DNA of 64,000 nucleotides, from positions 9,424,001 to 9,488,000 of the forward strand of contig CM060731.1 in assembly GCA_030704615.1 (NCBI GenBank). The letters run 5' to 3'. Positions 24,347 through 36,500 of the stretch are shown one piece after another. Under the pieces are notes generated by a model. The model had not been told where the DNA came from and searched no databases. It worked only from the letters and a program-made list of their open reading frames with translations. Numbering within the stretch: position 1 is the first letter of the stretch; every line of letters starts with the position of its first letter. A program made the translations under genes and the position numbers. The stretch comes from Takakia lepidozioides (lineage: Eukaryota > Plantae > Bryophyta).

Positions 24347-26444
24347 ATGGCACGGGCTGTGATACAGAAGCAGGTCGGGGAGCCTACAGAGGTTCTGGAG
24401 CTGGTGCAGAAGCCAAAACCAGGGCCACCTGCAGCTGGTCAGGTTCTGGTGCGCATAACAGTGCGGCCCGTCAACCCCACTGACTTACTGGCCGCGCGCA
24501 TCGAGTCGTATTTCCCGCACGGGAAAGCAGGACAAGTTGCCACCATCGGCTCTGAAGGATTTGGCATTGTGGAGGAGGTATGGCGGTCATGTGACTCGAT
24601 TATTGTGGAAGCCCCCTCTCCTTTCCTGCATCGTTTTGGTAGTCTAACTACGTCCCGAGGATAGTTTAGATTCCCAGTAATTTCAACAACTCCTTGGTCC
24701 TAGTTGGAATTGAGATTGAACTATCTAATGCACTCTGCAAAGGTGCTGAACATAAAGGAAACCCACTCTTTATTTTGTGAACCCCAACTTCTTTATATTT
24801 TTTGACAGACCCGCCTCATGCTCGCAATTCGCTCCTTGTAAGTTCTCCGGATCTGCTTCTAATCAACTATATCAAATCATCAATCTTCTTGTGTTTTTCC
24901 AGGTAGGTGAGGGGGTCACAAAGGTGAAGCTAGGACAGAGGGTAGTGCCGCTATTGTACAACCAGTATCTTGTTACGAGGAATGGGTCATGGCAAGACTA
25001 CTTGGAGCTTCCAGAAGCCGATGTCTTTGGAGTTCCTGACAGTGTGTCAGACGACGTGGCAGCGCAGTTTGTAATTAACCCCTGGACTGCGTATGGATTG
25101 CTCAAAGTTTCTGGGGTTCCCAAGGGCGAGTACCTTCTTCAAACAGCTGCTGGCTCTGTGCTTGGCAGGTATGCCGAACTTGCGCCAAACCTTCCAGAGT
25201 GTAGGTCTATGGGCGGCTGACAGCGGCATGAGCCGATGCTATGCACTGACAATATTGACGACTGCCTAATAAGCGTTAAATCATTACTCAATTTTCTAGA
25301 GCGGAGTCTAAACAGGCTCTCCGAAATCATGTTTGTAGTGTGAGTGTGGCAGGCAGCTCATTCAGATGGCCAAGCACTGGGGTATAAAGACTATAAATGT
25401 GGTGCGACGGGATGACTTGAAAGAGGAGCTTAAAGATTTGGGTGCCGATGAGGTTATCAACTCTACAACCGAAGGTATACTACTGGCTCACTACTTGGTC
25501 ATTTGTAAACTGTACTAGGGGGTGGGTATGTAGCGCAAAACAGTGTTTTTCTTGGGATAATATGAACTCGGCGATTACCGGTTGGTTCAGATTTGGTGGC
25601 ACGAGTGAAGGAAATTACTGGTGGGAGAGGGGCGTATGCTGCTGTGGATGCTGTGGTGGGTGAACTAACTAAAGTAAGTTAATCTGATCTTCCTCCCTCT
25701 CGAGCACACCAGAAGGTGTCAGTACCGTAGCTGCCTTGAGAAAATGAGCTCTCCTGGGACCTTTTTTGTTGTTCCCTTATAATACCTCTATGTTAGTGTT
25801 TCCACGCTTTGGTACCACTAACTAGTACAGTAGCAACTTGTGTACAGGTGTTGTAATTAGTCTCGTCTTCCCCTAGATACTTGCCGCATAGCTTTATAAA
25901 AAGGCCCAACTTGGGTGATCCTCTCTTTCTCTTCATATTACCGGCACATGATGTGGCTGTCATCTGATTCTAACTACTATGTATAAATTAACACGTCTTC
26001 ACTTAGAATCTAGGTTATGTCACCCACAGTTAGTGTGTATGGAGCCGTGACGTAGGATGGAGGTTATGGAGAGACATGTCATCGCTTGGAAAAGTCACTT
26101 GCAGTATTGAATTAAGCTCAAGGCCTGTGGGTGAGATGTGGGTGCAGAAGATTGCAAACAGTGTCAGAGACGGTGGTGAAGTCTTTATTTACGGGGTCCT
26201 ATCAGGCCCTGATCTTACAGTCAGCGTTTTTGATCTCCTTAGAAAAGTTAGAATCAGTTTCTTTTTATATTACGAGTACTCCACTGGAAGGGAGGAAGAA
26301 ATTGCAACCGAAGTGATGAAGATGCTGGAGGACAAGATCGTTGAACCGTTGGTCGGCAAGAGGTTTCATCTGGCTGACTTCAAAGCTGCTCTGGTAGAGG
26401 CAGAGAAGGACGCCCGAGGTGGCAAGGTGCTTCTGGTGAATTAG
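24347..26444 (+). CDS. Zn-independent MDR-family NADPH reductase (enoyl-thioester/quinone reductase-like), 332 aa
   Basis: Exons 24347-24577, 24903-25168, 25353-25474, 25591-25673, 26148-26444 join in frame (999 nt). Motifs PVNPTDL, GSEGFG, INPWTA, QTAAGSVLGR, GADEVI, GKVLL. Confidence 0.9.
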
Positions 26445-28109
26445 CGAGTTTACAATCTCCTAACGCTCACATAAATCCCGACAAACATGCTTGACAATAT
26501 TTGTCCATGTTACTCTTCACTCACCTTGATTTTGCTGTTTTTAACTTTAATTTTCAACGAAAGGTTGATGGAGGCCCCAAGCTTAAATTAAATGCGCAAG
26601 GGAAAAATAACCTTGTGCACAGTGGTGCATGGAGGCCAACAAAGGAGACAGCCCCCTGTGACCGATTTTCAACTGCAGTGCTCCGGTTGATTGAACAACA
26701 TGATACACTTTTTAATCAAATTTCCATCATGAAGTAAATATTTTTGAGATCCACTGTAGATGATTAAGAGAAAAAGATTCAACCTGCACTGTCAAGTAGA
26801 ATTTCTGTGTATACTTTATATTCTGTATTCTGATAGTTGAAAAGCTGTTTTGTACTCTGGAAGGATCCCTGAGGGATTGTTCCGCTGCGCAAGGCCGAGA
26901 CAACATTCCAAGCATGGTAATCAAGTAACTAGTAGCAGTGAAGTGACCAACAAGGAGGAGATATTAAGAGATGTCAGGAACACTAGGCATGAAGCATCTT
27001 TGAAGTTATGGGAGTGGGAAACCCAAAAAGATTGAACACAGTCAGGTTCCTCATATCTGCTGCGACTCTCGCAAAACAGCAGGTTCCAAATCTTGTGACA
27101 GTTTGTGGTTGAGTCTTATCACTTTGAGGATTCGTTTTGTTCTTGAATTACTTCGAGGGCCATGGCTGTAAGAACAACAACGATGATTTGTCGGCAGCAA
27201 TGAGTTTTGGAGAAAAGGATCTGAGAGTTGGAACACTAATGTGAGCTTGAGAGGAGTGTTTGGAGGAAGCAATTGCTTTAGCAAAGCTTCTCTTACCGAA
27301 TGCTGGAGGACCTGGTCAAAACAATTTAGCAGCCCCAAAAGGCACTCTTAACTGTTAGTAAATTAGGCAAAGTGCCCCGAGAGTTTGGCCATGAACAACT
27401 CCAGTTCATTATCGAGCAGCTGCAAAACCTGATGAGGCTCAAAGGCCTCTTGATCCCCTGAGAGCACCCAAGAGCTCAGGAAGTGGGACCGCCAGTCTCA
27501 AGAATCTGCGTGTGCAGGCCAGCCAAGGAGCGGAAAATATGAAGGAGTAACCACGTGAATAGCTCCAACCATCTTCCCGTCATCACTCATGCGCTCCCAA
27601 GCTGCTGAAGCTCATTGAAGGATTGTATTTCCACATTTGATGGCATGGTTGCTTCGAAGGACGTCCAAAAGGTCATCAGTCGGAACTCGGCACATGGGGG
27701 AAAAGGAACATGTACGGGGCTGTAACAAAGAATGGGACAGGTGCCGAGGTCAGCGGAGAAGGGGCCTAAAATTGATCTAGAAACAATCTAACAAAATGAT
27801 ATCACAAAGTTAGAACAACTTTTACTGTAATTAGATCAGGAAGAACGAAACGACCAGATTTCATGTACTTTCGTACAAAGTTACAAGAGGCTTCAGGTAC
27901 TCCCTATATAAACACCCTCAACGCACAGAATTGACCTGTCACTCACGTCTTCTTCGTCTCTTTGTCTGTTGTGAGAGTGTGTCAACTGATCAATTGATTC
28001 CTTGATGGATGTGAGTAAGCTGAGAACAGCACTAGTAATCCTTTTCTGCCTGGGGCTCTTGATTGGCCTAGAATATATGGTGGGCTCATGTGCCCTGCAG
28101 ATGCCGGAC

Positions 28110-28274
28110 TTAAGAAATATCGAAGGAAAGGAAGGCCCCTTCACATGGCCCGATGGAGATAGGAAGTATGGAGGCTACTGGAGAAAAGATGTGCGAGCTG
28201 GGTTTGGAGAATTTGTGTGGACACATGGTGGTGTATATACTGTGCAGTGGAGTCGTGATGGCTCCGGAACTTGA
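28110..28274 (+). pseudogene. MORN-repeat fragment
   Basis: GPFTWPDGDRKYGGYWRKDVRAGFGEFVWTHGGVY resembles two MORN repeats; isolated. Confidence 0.5.
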
Positions 28275-29109
28275 TGTATGTGATCTAATGGTAATAATTT
28301 GGCTGTGAAGGGTCTTGACTTTTGGCCACAGCTTAAACATTCTGCGGTTGTTGTGAACCTGAATCAGAACATCTAACAAGAAGCAACTTGACAACACTAT
28401 CATTTGACTAGTCCCCTGTTGGAGACACCGTGTATATGCATCTGGTGACAACTTTGATACTAAAGCGTCTTGCGGAGAGTTCAACTCGTATTGGAAAGTC
28501 CCAAAATCGCAATTGAATCACTTGCAGTTGTAAAGCGTAGGGAAGCGTAGGGCATAGGCCGCCATTGTGGCAGGAGGCAGGCGAGGATGGGCCACGGTCC
28601 ATAATATTAGACAATATAGAAAATCCAACTGATCATTCTTACTCAATAAACTGCAACCTGTGGCTGCTGTGTATGACTGAATGGCCCTGTTGGTCACAAC
28701 GTCACTTGCTCAAAATAATATGCTTGAAACTGGACAAACTGCAGTGCCATAATTGGTCTGTTGTTTGATGTCATTACAGCACCGCAGCTTCACCCCAATT
28801 TTTCGATTCCTTGACCAATGCCAGTCCCTTGACCAATTTTCAGACTTCTATGCGCATTATAATCCTTTAGATGTGGACACACTTCTCCATCCAGGATCAT
28901 ACTCTACATGATCCATCCTTAGGAATCAGAAGCAAATCTCACTTGGGCAAAAGGCAGTTTCCCGAAGATTTCGTTTTTCTTGCTATTTGGGTTTTATTAC
29001 GTTCGACTCTATAAATTGTTCGCCTAACTTGGACATAAAGTCTAAACTCCAACAGATGGCAAAACTTGCCAATTTTGCCCTTAATGTTTGTTGACAATGT
29101 CAGGTCATC

Positions 29110-31058
29110 TGCGAGTGGTGCATGGGATTAGGACCTCGCTTTACCTTCATCTAGACTCCGTCGTCCTTCAGGTGGATGTAACCAATGCCTTCAACTCGGT
29201 GTCCAGAACAGCAACATTTCAAGAATGCGATCAGCCGGCGGCACGTGCCATCAACTTATCCCCTTTGTGAGATTGTTTTATGCTTCATCCACCCCTTTGT
29301 TTTCCAGTCATCAATACCCGTACCGGAGATCTTACAGTTATTCAGTCGGAAGTAGGAACGCGTCACGGTGATCTATTAGGGGGACCTCTTTTTGCTTTTG
29401 CCCACTTTCATGCTCTTCGTTCTTCCACGCAAGCCTTCCAATCTTGTATATTTCCTTCTATTGCTGATAATGATATCCTCCTAGCTTTCCATCATTTTGC
29501 TACCCAACTCCACTCTATAGGTCTCGCTGTTCAACCCTGCAAACCCACAGCTTGGTCTGCCTTCAAATTTTGTGCCCCCTACCGACTTTCTAGCACCATC
29601 TGAGGGTATTCAAGTGTTAGGTGTTCCATTTGGTACTACCCCTTATACAACATCTTTCCTCCAAAATGCCTTGCTCCATGATACTAGTCATATAGAGCTT
29701 CTTCCCAAACTAGGGGATATGCAGGTAGCCCATGGCATTCTCACCAAATGCTTTTTACAGCGACCTTCATATCTCTTGCGTTGTTTCCCTCCCACTCCCC
29801 AGTTTTTGGAGCTTCTGTCATGTTTTGACGCCACTGTCATGAGGATTTTCGGTCGTCTATTAGGCCCAAGTGCGTTCGATGGTGACCAGGGCTCATTCGC
29901 ATCTCGTCAGGCTGCCCTCCCCATCTCTACGGGAGGAGTGGGCCTCATATCCCCAGTTGACATTGTCCCTACAGCCTTAGGTAGTTGGGCCTTAGTCGCT
30001 CCAGCCTTGGCATGCCCTTTTCTCATGGACGCCATTGCCCACATCAACGATGGCTCCCTGCCCTTCCAGCAACATCTTCGTTCAGCGCGGGATCTCATTC
30101 CGATACCAGCACAAATGTCTTTCACCTTTTGAACAGTTGGTCACTCAAGGTTTGGAGCACTTACAAGATACCATCGTGGAACGCGTGCACCGACAAGCCT
30201 TCTCCAGCCTGCTTTCCGATGCTCCTTCAGATACACATCGGGCCAGACTTCTCTCATGCGCTGGGCCCGGAGCATGCGTGTGGCTCACGGTACGACCTAC
30301 CATTGCACCATTTCGTATGTCCTCTACTATTTTCACCACCTCCCTACGAGTTTGACTTGGTCTTCCACATCCCTCTGCATTAGGACTAGAACGGTGTGTC
30401 TGTCGCCATCCCATCGACTCACTAGGTGTACATCTTCTTCGTTGCCCCTGTGGTGGAGAACGCATTGCGACTCATGACGTCATCCGGGATGCAGCAGCTG
30501 CGGTTGCTCGTGATGTCGGGTTCCATGTCCTTTGAGAGCAGGTACATGTTCACCCATCGACACCCGATTACCATTCCACTCGACGTCGGGTTGACATTGT
30601 CTTTTCTCACGACGGGTTGCGTACATTGGCGGACGTTGTCATTGCTGATCCTACAAGGTCAGATCTCCTTTCCCGCACAGCGTCATCACAAGGAGTTGTT
30701 GCTTCAGTAGCTGCACAAGGAAAGGAGCGCGACTATCAGACACGTCACTCCACATACACATTCATCCCCTTGGCAGTCGAGATCTTTGGTTATTTGCATC
30801 ACCAATTCAACGACTTTTTTCGCACATGCCCATCGTGCGGCGAAAAACAGAACCGTTGGAAGCCCAAACGTCTCTGTCATGGTAGCTTTCTTTAGACAAC
30901 GAGTTTCTGTTGCTTTACAAAAGGCTCAAGCTCTTTCTATTTTGCGTCGGGCAGAGGTTGCGGGGGCAGCTCCATCTCGCCTCCTAGCACTTTTTGACCC
31001 ATCATCTTTCCTGTTGTCTGACCTTCTTCACGCAGTAGGTGACACTAGAGTAGTTTGA
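29110..31058 (+). mobile_element. 5'-truncated, degenerate RLE-type (CRE-like) non-LTR retrotransposon
   Basis: RT motifs VDVTNAFNSVSR, GTRHGDLLG, SIADN, VLGVPFG, GGVGL; CCHC finger CVC..HLLRC; restriction-like endonuclease RVDIV..LADVV. Confidence 0.85.
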
Positions 31059-32719
31059 TTTCTTCTTGTCAATACATCTACCTATCTACTTCTACGACAT
31101 TTTGTTTCTCCTCTTTAGGATAGTTTTAGCCGTTTATACAGTTACTCTCTTTGCTCTAATTTGTGGACCAAATGATGACGACTACACTGTTTTCTGTCAC
31201 ATGTCTTTGTAGTTCTATTGTTCTCTGTTCATTTTTCCCCCGCGATCAAGTTGATCACGAGCGCCCAAAGTGAACTGGCTCACTTGTAGGTATTTTTGGC
31301 GGTGGAGCTAATTCAAGATGAAGCTAGAAGAGGTAGATAAGAAGGAAGACTCCTCTTTTGGTCTCTTCCTAAGCTACAGTTTAGCACTCCGTCCCGGGAG
31401 CCAAGTTTTTGAGCCTTTCTTCACTCCATGTGCATGAATCACGATCCTTTTTAGTGTCTCTCCAGAGCCAGGTCTGGGAGTTCAACTTTGGACACACCAG
31501 GATACAATATTATGTTTGATCCTGGAATTCTATTGATGTACTTTTCTTACTCAAACACACACAGTTGATTCCAGCCGCCCAATTTGGCCATAGTGCGACT
31601 ATATCCAAGTTAACTGGCTAGGAATGGGCAGAGGCCAGAAATAGACAGGTAACGTACTGGAGAGCCTCCAGCCCCCTCCAGCGTTCCTCTGACAAAGGAC
31701 CTAATGCAACTAAACACAGAATCTGTATGTTTGTATTTGGTGTCTGTATATGCGGAGCAAGCAACCCGCATTAGAACGGTGTTGGCATGTAATCTGCTGT
31801 CAGAGTCGACTCTTAGTATAAAGCAGTTATTCTAGATTAGTTATTAAGAAAAGAAAACGCAATCTTGAAATGGGCATGAAATATTAGGCTCTATTTTATG
31901 GTAGAATTTGAGGTTGCAGTTGCTCATATGTTACAGAAAAGGTCCAGGCATGAAGATTCCATTGTCATTTCAAAAAATCCAGGCATCAACATGCAGCCTT
32001 TTTTCACTCCAAGAGAATGCTCATTGGTGTCATTGAAAAAACTGTGTCCTTTTTGGGCCAAGTTGCTGGAGGAACCAACTTTGGCCTCTTCCTCTCCTTT
32101 GCAATGGGTCCAATCTTCCCCTAAGTGCCGCTATTCAAAAAGTAAATTCCTTTCACAGAGTGTGCTTTCTTGGGAGGATTTTCGTTGTGCCCCTTCCCCT
32201 CCACCTCGTTTACAATCTTCCATAGATCGTGATCCTCCCCTTCCCCTCCACCCCAATTATAATCTTCCACAAGTTGGATGACATTTCAGCTTTGGCTCCT
32301 CTTCCCAAGCCGTTTTCCTACTCATTTATACAGCTTCAAAAGAGTACCATCGGGAGTTGCAATTCGGATCCCACTTCTCCAAACCATCCATGCCACCACA
32401 CTCACCCTGCAAGTTGAAAAAGCCTCTGGATGGCCGGGAAGCTCTGTTTCCTCTTCCTCGAGAACACCCCTTGAAGTTGGCGATGTCGCTCTAAGGGTAA
32501 GGGGTCTCCCCATTGTTCCTCTCTCACCTCTTTTCCCTCCCACTTTGCTTGCTCTGTTTGGCTCTATTCCATTTTTCTGCCCTTCCTCTAAGGGATTTTG
32601 GCCCCGAAGACGGCCCCTCGTAGCTGGTCCGCAAGACGCCCTCCGGCTGACACCTAGGTCTCTATTTTGGGACGGAGCCCTCAACCTCTACCCAGCTCTC
32701 CTGTTCATGATCCCAGCTC

Positions 32720-33480
32720 AGGTTTAGCTGTGTGGAATGATTATGCTGCTCCTACTCTGGACTCCCAGCTGGTTCTTGAGCTAGACATGAATATAGTCAA
32801 AACTCAAACTGACATAATGGCCTATCATGGCATTCTTCTCCATTTCCCTGGGCAAGTGCATGATCGCACCTGGGCACGCTCCTGGGTCATTGAGCATCTT
32901 GGGGCTGCTGGTGGTCTGCAGCATAACTTCTGCCATGCTATGGGTAGAGGGTTTTTCTCCGTCTCTTTTGTATATTAGGAAGATGCATCCAAGGCTTCGG
33001 GGTTTAACTGTCGTAAGTCTCATGTTAGGATTCACCTTATTCATTGGTCTCCAAATTGGGGACACAGGGGAGGACAGACTTGCAGGCCTCGAATGCTAGC
33101 CTTACCTTTCATCCCTAGCAACTATCTACAATCACTTCCTGAGATTTGAGCCCATTTCGGAGTCTACATTGGTCTATGAGCCTGAAGAGACCTTGGTGCT
33201 CAGTGTTAATGCTGATTATGGATATCATGACAACAACTGGGACAATGGAGTCCCTCGGATAGTAGAATGATGCCTGAAGACGTTGTTGCTGGATACTCCA
33301 TTCAGCTCCCATCTTTATGCAGAGATGCGTGTGCCGAGTATCTTCTCAGCCTTTTAGGAATCCAGGGTTCAACCTTTTTTGGTCAAGAGCTTTGGTCCTT
33401 AAACCTTCCAAATTTCGAACCCCTGCAATCTGATGACCATGCTGCTGTAACAAGGACTTTGCTGACATTCAGCTTCCAGT
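32720..33480 (+). mobile_element. Possible L1-type ORF1 (DUF4283-like) remnant
   Basis: WARSWV..MGRGFFSVSF pattern typical of plant LINE ORF1; heavily decayed. Confidence 0.35.
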
Positions 33481-33507
33481 AACTTCCATTCATGCAGGCC
33501 ACTTGTT

Positions 33508-36500
33508 TCACCAGTAATCCCCACAAGAACAAAACCCATTTTGGAAGTGGTGAAAACGGTTGGCATCCCGTACAACAACTGCTCGCCCAACAATCTTTGA
33601 GATGAATTTTGTGGCGGTATGGCAATCACCACACACCCGTAGGTTCTTGATGATGTGGATAGGCGTCCCAGGGGGTGTGCTGATCAGCCCAAAAGCAATG
33701 GCCAGTTTCTCACTGTGGTAGCAAAGAGAAGATTCCTTTTGCTCCTCCTCCACATTATGCAATACACAGCGTGTGTCAGGCAGGTACCCATTCTCCTTCA
33801 TACACTCAGACAATCTCCTCACCTCAGCATGAATTTCCTCAATTTGAGGATGTGATTTGTCGGCTACAACGAATTTATGCACCTGGTTGTCCACCTCAAT
33901 GCAGCTATAACCCGGCTCCTTTTTGACTCCTCTATCCTGCATCATTTTTCTCACCTTCGCTGTATCGTCCCACATACCGGCAGCAGCATAGATGTTGGAT
34001 AGCAGCACATAAGTGGCAGCATCCTGTGGATTCAACTTGAGAAGGCATTTTGCTGCACGTTCTGCTACCTCCACATTGCCATGAATCCTGCAGGCACCAA
34101 GCAAGGCACCCCACACCTTGGTACCTGGTTCAATTGGCATTTTGTTAATGAAATCCTCTGCCTCATCCAATCGCCCTGCACGGCCAAGAAGGTCCACCAT
34201 GCAACCACAATGCTCCAATGTAGGAGTGAGACCATGATCTTGACTCATAGAAGCAAAGTAGTAATGGCCTTCATTCACAAGACCTACATGGCTACAGGCA
34301 GAGAGGAGGGAGATAAATGTGATCCCATTTGGCTTCCAGCCTTCCTGCTGCATTTGTTCAAATAGCTGGAAGGCCTCCCTCACAACCCCATGCTGACTGT
34401 ATCCTGCGATCATTGCACTCCATGAGATCACATCTCTTGCAGCCATACTGTCAAACACTTGCCGAGCATCCTTCATGTTCCCACATTTGGAATACATATC
34501 GACAAGGGCAGTCTCCAAAATGATACCCAGCACATTTTGAGCTTTGATAATGTGATTATGGACCGCTTTGCCCTTTTCCAAGGCTGCCAGATTGGCACAT
34601 GCATTGAGAACACAGATGAACGTGACATTGTCAGGTATTACCCCTTCTTTTATCATTTGCTCATACATCTCCAAAGCCTCCATACCACACCCATGCTGAG
34701 CATATCCTGCTATCATCGCGCTCCATGAGACCACATTTCGCTCAGCCATATTCTCAAACACTTGACGTGCATCCGCTATTCTCCCACATTTGGCATACAT
34801 GTTGACAAGCACAGTTCCCAGAATGATATCTTGTGCTATCCCAGCTTTAATGATGTCAGCATGGACCTCCTTGCCCTTTTCAAGATTTGCCAAGTTGGCA
34901 CATGCGTCGAGAATGCAAGTGAATGTGACTTTGTCAGGTGTAACCCCTTCTTGTATCTTTTGCTCATACATCTTGAAAGCCTCCCTACCACAACCATGAT
35001 GGGAATATCCAGCTATCATGGCACTCCAGGAGACCAAATCATGTCGAGCCATATTGTCAAACACTTGCCGTGCATCCTTCATGTTACCACATTTGGCATA
35101 CATAACGACAAGAGCAGTTTCCAGAATGATATCTTGTGCGATCCCAGCTTTAATGATGTCAGCATGGACCACTTTGCCCTTTTCCAGGTCTCCCAGGCTG
35201 GCACAAGCATTTAGAATGCAAATAAATGTGACTTTGTCAGGTGTCACCCCATCTCCCATCATTTTCTCATATATCTCAAAAGCCTCCCTACCACACCCAT
35301 GCTGAGCATACCCAGAAATCATTGTATTCCATGAGACTACATCTCGTTTAGCCATATTGTCAAACACTTGACGTGCATCCCTTATGCTCCTGCATTTAGA
35401 GTACATGACAGTAAGGGCAGTTTCCAGCATGATATCAGGCACAATTCCAGCTTTAATGATGTCCGCGTGCACCTCTCTGCCCTTTTCCAGAGTTTCTAGG
35501 TTGGCACATGCCTTGAGAATGCAAATGAATGTGACGTTGTTGGGTGTCATCCCTTCCTGTAACATTTCCTGATAGATCTCAAGAGCCTCCCTACCAAACC
35601 CATCATTCATATATCCTGCCATCATTATAGTCCATGTAAACACATCTCGTCCAGGCATTTTCTCAAATACATTGCGTGCATCCACCACACTCCCGCACTT
35701 GGCATACATGTTGATAAGGGTGTTGTGTAGAAAGATGGTTTGCTTGATCCCACTTTGGATGATGTGTGCATGCACCTGCTTTCCAACTTGTAGGTCTTTA
35801 GTTTTGATGCACTCCCGCAAGAGAAAGACATATGTATTGGTGTCTGCCACGATACTTTTTTGGTTCAAAATGTGCAGTGCCCCTTCCAGGTGCCCTGCCT
35901 TACATAACATCCTCACATCCCCACCAGTGCCTGAAGAGAATTTGTGAACTCCCTTGATTGCTACCCTTTCAGAAACAGCGGTAGTGCCAGCTTCAAGCGA
36001 TTGTTCCTGATTCAAACCTGCCACCCTGTATGACTCAAACTCTCAGTTACAAACCATACCAGTAAAACACACACACACAATGCTATTTAAGAGAGTCGAA
36101 CCAATTTGAGCTGTTTGTTTCGCAACCTAAATAATCAACAAAACAATACCTGTCGTATTCTTGGCCTCCAGCTCCATGGTGTACATCAACATCAGGAACA
36201 CCCCCAGATTGTGCTCCATCTCCTATAATGCTAGATAGCTCTGCTTTCACCCAAGGAGGGTTTGACTGACCCTCAATCCAAAGGCCCTCGTTTGTGCGCT
36301 TATGTCTGAAGTCTGGAGATCTTGGACTTTTCTGTGCAAACCACTCCTGTGCAGCTGAGAAGCCATAGCTTCACTAGTCTTGCATATGCCAGGCTACAAA
36401 CACCAAACCTCCAAATGTCAGGGTACAACCTTGCACAATGTACTTTTGGACAACCTCTTGATAGAAATAGTAAGGACTGCTTTTGATGCCTTCTTGTGTT

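Noticed and set aside
33508-33920. U-to-C (DYW:KP type) editing domain
   Set aside because: The domain has a PG box, HSEKLA and a terminal DYW, i.e. the canonical C-to-U type.
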